A stretch of 64,000 nt of DNA, taken from NCBI RefSeq assembly GCF_009914755.1, contig NC_060931.1; one strand, 5' to 3'. Shown piece after piece: positions 59,385 through 64,000 of the stretch; position 1 is the stretch's first letter, and each line of letters starts with the position of its first letter. The notes beneath the pieces were generated by a model. That model was not told the DNA's origin. It saw only the letters and a list, made by a program, of their open reading frames with translations, and ran no database searches. The position numbers and the translations under genes are program-made. The stretch is from the human T2T-CHM13v2.0 reference genome, Homo sapiens.

Positions 59385-60404
59385 CGTAATTTATAGGATA
59401 AAAGGAAAAAACTATTTCTCTTCTCCAACGCTTCTGACACCAAATGTGTGTGTGGAGGTGTTTTTGCTTTGTTTTGTTTCATTTCGTTTTTCCCAACAAA
59501 CAACAAATTATCCAACTCTCTGTGGACACCAACTGGTTGTCCTACAATGACACTAACTACCAAGAGCTAACATAGACTCCATAGGCTAGGGGCCCAGTCC
59601 CACAAGGCTGCCCCTGTTTCAGACACCAATTTGCACATAGTGGGTCCCCAGGTTACCCACACTTCTGTCTTACTTGGCTACAAATCGGAGATTTTCACAA
59701 CCCGTCCTCAGGTTCAGTAATTTGTTCAACGGCTTATAGAACTCAGGGAAACAGTTTATTTACTATTTCAGTTTAATATAGAGGAGATTATGGGGAACAT
59801 AGATGAATAGTCAGAAGAAGGGGTACATGGGGGAGGTAGGGAAGGGTCCCAAGCAAAGGAGCCTCTGTCCCTGTGGAGTTTGGGTACACCACCTCCCAGC
59901 AGATGGATGCATTCATTAGCCCAGAAGCTCTCCAAATGCCATCATTTGGGGACTTCTAAGGAGGTTCCATTATGTAGAAGGATTGATTAAACCATCAGCT
60001 GTTAGTAATTAGTTCAATCTCAAGCCCCTCTCTGAAGGTCTCGGGGTACGACTGAAACTTCCAATTCTCTAATCATGCCTTGGTCTTTCTTGTGACCTCT
60101 TGAAGCTATCTTAGGGCCATAACTGCCCTAACATTAACATTTAAAAAGGCAATCTTAGTATTCTGGAGATTCCAAGGGTCTTAGCAGCTCTTATGTCAGG
60201 AACTGGGGGCCAAGATCAAATATTGTAACAAAAGATGCTCCTATCACTCCTATCAATCAGGCAGTTAGTGTTTTAGGAGCTCTGTGTCAGGAATCAGGGA
60301 GAGAGAAAACTATTCATATACATACATACACACACACGTGTGTATATATAAATGCATATATGCCTGTGTATATGCACTTATGTGTGTATTTCTTATTATG
60401 TCAC
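59385..60404 (-). mobile_element. MER21 (ERVL) LTR
   Basis: CTTCTGACACCAAATGTGTG...GGACACCAACTGGTTGTCCTACAAT...CAGTCCCACAAGGCTGCCCC...TTTCTTATTATGTCACA. Confidence 0.9.
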
Positions 60405-61021
60405 AGATGATGAAATCTTGGACCTTAAACCTGAGCATGATACCACATAAGATGAGATTTCAGAGGGTTTAAAAGTGGTGAATGTATTTTGCATGTGGGA
60501 GGAATGTAAATAATTGTGATCAGTGACTGACTCTGGGGACTAAAGATACCTGCAACTCATTACCACTGCTCGTCTTGAAAGCGAAGCATACTTCCACTCC
60601 CCTTCCATCTTTCTGTGACCTTCCGTGACCCAGATAATGAGACATAAGTGGTCCCAAGTGTCTTCTGTGACATCTGCCTATGGTGCTAAGAAGGCTCCCA
60701 TTAGGAACCAAGTGGCAACGGTGAGACAGGCCTAAGTCACACAGAGATGCCATGGGGTGGAGGACAGGTGCCTCAGATGATAAACCTGGCTGAGTCCTCG
60801 CTAGGGGCCAGAGCCAGCTGGATACCATATGACTGGCCATCTTGAATGTTTCCAGCCAAGTCAAGCCTTCAGGTGACTGCAGCTCCAGCCAATGCCAAAG
60901 GGAGCAGAAGAACCAGCTACCTGAGGCTGGCCAACCCACACAACTGGAGGAGATCATAAAAGCAGGTTTCAGCCTCCATGTCTTGAGATAGTTCATTACA
61001 CAGCAGTAAATAATTGAAATT
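60405..61021 (+). mobile_element. 3' end of MaLR internal region plus MLT1G/H-type LTR (probable 3' LTR, from about 60530)
   Basis: GATGATGAAATCTTGGACC...GAATGTATTTTGCATGTGGGAGGAATGTAAAT is the MLT1-int end; LTR motifs CAGCCAAGTCAAGCCTTCAGGTGACTGCAGCTCCAGCC and TTACACAGCAGTAAATAA. Confidence 0.8.
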
Positions 61022-62134
61022 GTCCCCATATACAAGATCTTATATTGTGGAAATTTTAAAAATAAAATAATTATTTTAGAACTGCTTAAAGGCTATGAAA
61101 TAATAAAGAGGTTTTTAGATACAGAAAAATATGTGTTTCAGGGAAACTATTTTATATAAAACCTATTGAATTTAAAGTGGAAATAAAGATTCCAGTTTCA
61201 GACATGTTAAATTTGGCATAATTATTACATATCCAAGTGGGATTGAATTAATTTAATTTTATTTTTAATTTTGTATTTGTAAGTCTGGAATTCAGTAGAG
61301 GAGTTCCAACTGAAGATAAAAATTTTGGAAACATTTGTCTATAGAAGGTATTTAAAGTCACATGATAAATATCTATCAGATTGAGTGAGAATTCTGAGAA
61401 GAACAGAGCAGACAGAAGCCTGGGGGATAAGAAAGGAATTTAGAAGCAGGAACGTGGAGGTGCCCTGGGGAATCAGGAACCATGAATACATAGTGTAAGT
61501 AGCACAGTGCTGTGTGTCCCACACAGTACAGGTGAGATACAACGTATATGCATTTACCTCAAACTACTATGTCTAGCAGATTCAACAAGTCCTACAAAAT
61601 AAGAAACGTGTTACTCCAAGGGAACAAGTAATAAAGGAGAAGAACGGCAGGAGAGAAAATGTTATCCTGTGGCAAAGGGAGATCAATACAGACAGGAAGT
61701 GGTACTGAGGAAAGGCGAGAAGAATCTCTATGGGTTGATAAGTGTTAGGTACCAATAATTGACTGTGATGGTGCACCTTCATGCTTTGCACAACTTTCCT
61801 ATCTCAATGTCTTTCCACGAAAGAGATGAAATTTTGTGTTTGTGCATGATGATATGATATATGACATGGTATAATGTGCTGTGATATGGTAAAAGTCAGA
61901 TTTTGAAACTAAACACCACAAAATTAGGTCTACTCTCTTTAATTTCTAATGAGAAATGGAAACTTTATATGAAAGTAAGGGTATTGTATTATACTTTATG
62001 GTATCAGCACACAAAAACATGTAACATTTTATCTCTTTCTTGGAAAGATATTGCAATATAGAAGTTGTGTAAACTATGAATGGGACACATCATAGTTGGT
62101 TAGACTCACCTGACGATTATTGACAACAGAGATT

Positions 62135-62512
62135 CTAGTTCACTTACATGAGGTCTCTATAACAGTCAAACTCATGGAAGCAGTGAATGTAAACCCTGGC
62201 TGTGGTTGCCAGGGCCTGGGGCCTGGGGGAACCGGGGAGCTGCTCAGTGAGTCTCAAGGTTCAGCTATGCTAGGTGAATAAATTCTAGAGACTTGCTGGG
62301 CAGCATAGTGCCTATAGTTAACAACGTGATATTGTACACTTCAAAAATGATGCAAGGCAACTTTGGAGGCATGGGGGACTTGCATGTGTCTCCCTTCTTG
62401 ATCATGAAAATTGTATCATGAATGTCTGCATATGTACAAATTCATCAAATTGTGCACATTCAATATGTGAAGTTCTTTGTATATCAATTATACTTCAATA
62501 AACTGTTAAAAT
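62135..62512 (+). mobile_element. L1MA9/L1MB-type 3' UTR
   Basis: CACTTACATGAGG...GTCAAACTCATGGAAGCAG...GAATAAATTCTAGAGA...TATCAATTATACTTCAATAAA. Confidence 0.88.
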
Positions 62513-63009
62513 AAAGCTCACAGTATTTTCAAAAAATTCCAATTATTTCTTACTAAGAGAAAAATGAAAAGTTATGTCAACTATCAAGAATTCAAGCTCA
62601 CTTTCACAATTCTAGGATCTTTGCCACCATCCCTCATCTTTTCAACCTCACCCTCACATACATCACTTTTATGCAGACTAAAGCAAACTCCCTGCTCTCT
62701 CCTTTACATTATCCACTCCAGGCTTTTCATCTTTTCTCTAAGGCCCTCTCCTCCAGTTTACTTCTGTTAAAACCCTTAACATTCTTGAGGCCCATATCAA
62801 ATTCCATTTTCTGCACAAACAGCCTCAAAATAACTGAATAAATTATCCTTTTTCTCTGCAACTAACTGTGTCCCTTAAATATATCACCTTATATATGTAA
62901 AAATAGAAATTCCAGTAGAGAAAAGAATTCCAATTATGATACAAAAAACAAAGAAAATACTGGGAACATACTTTAGACATGCAAAGTGATATTATGAAAA
63001 TACTAAAAT

Positions 63010-64000
63010 TTGACTGTGAGATGGCCTGGTTCCTTGAATGGATAAAATAGTCCAATGTGGCTGAGCACGAAGGAGAGTGTGAAATCATCAGACAAGCATA
63101 AACGGAGGAATGGGTCCACACATTCACATGACTGCATGCCACTCCAAAAAGCTGAGTCTTCATCTTAAGGTCAATTTCATTGAAATCATCGAAGAATTTT
63201 AAGAGTGTAAGTTGCATAATTAGATTTTCATCTATGAAAGAACATTACTTTGGAAGATAAGAAATTAGATTTCGTGGGAGCAAATATTAGATGTGAAGAG
63301 AGATTTTTTAGAAGGCTAATGAGAGACAATGGCAACATTTAACAACCCCTACAGCAATCAGTCAACTGTCAAGGCATTTTCTGAAACAGGATAGCCTCAA
63401 CAAGGGCAGACTTGGTAGAAAAGATGGTAAGACTTGATTTGTGAAATATGATGTGCTGAAATTCCTCATAGACATATGGCTCTGGACTCAGGAGTGCCAA
63501 TGAGGCTGGCCCATAGCAGGTTCGCAACAAGCCTGTGTCGACTATGTAAATGAGTCATGGGCATATGATTGGGAACTGAGGTCACTGAATGAGATATACA
63601 TGTTCGAAGAGCGTGTGTCATGTGAGATGAGAAGGCTATGACAGAGGCACGAGGAACTCCAAACTTTAAGATGGATGCCAAAAGAGAAATCCCAAAAGAG
63701 ACTGAAAGAGACCAGCCTGTGCTGCAGGAGGCACTCCAGGAGGACTGGCCCCAGTGAAGTTAAGGGAGGACAATGCTTTAAAGTCTGAATGGTTCATGAC
63801 GGCAAGTGCAGACAGAAGCTAAGTATGATAAGACTTTAAAATATTTAGTTAGAGACATCAAAGTAATTGATGCCTGTGGCAAAGCTTTTTCAGTGATGTG
63901 AGAGTCCAGTGATGAGTGTAAAAGTGATTGGGTAAATGATAACAAGGACAGGCAAGGGGCTGGCACTGATGCTATGATCCATGGCAACGACTGAGTCACA
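63010..64000 (-). mobile_element. L2 fragments
   Basis: TCTGGACTCAGGAG...GGAACTCCAAACTTTAAG...CCAAAAGAGACTGAAAGAGACCAG...AGCTTTTTCAGTGATGTG are antisense L2 landmarks. Confidence 0.7.

Noticed and set aside
60520-61035. 171-aa minus-strand ORF
   Set aside because: Antisense reading of an MLT1 LTR; no domain.

Overview
AT-rich, CpG-depleted primate genomic DNA (Alu J/S, an L1PA4/5-type LINE and MLT2A LTRs point to a catarrhine, probably human or ape), intergenic or deep intronic. I recognise no host protein-coding exon, RNA gene or CpG island. Much of the window is interspersed repeat. The main feature is a complete but mutationally dead HERV-L provirus on the minus strand (33400-40068) with two MLT2A LTRs, a tRNA-Leu primer-binding site, a polypurine tract, a 5-bp target-site duplication, gag-pro-pol-dUTPase and no env. 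Other elements are a 2.9-kb 3' piece of a young L1PA abutting an apparently chimeric Alu, a heavily nested MaLR (MLT1) provirus at 57.2-61.0 kb, about ten Alus, two Tigger-derived MITEs, solo LTRs (MER54, MSTB, two MER21, ERVL types), old L1M/L2 fragments and simple repeats. Nearly all ORFs in the track are repeat-derived or chance. I found no evidence of a novel biological system. The most interesting observations are local rearrangements: the inverted poly(A) signal of the proviral 3' LTR, the Alu-L1 junction, and a tail-less L1 patch. Subfamily names come from recalled consensus sequences, were not run through Dfam/RepeatMasker, and boundaries of old elements are approximate.
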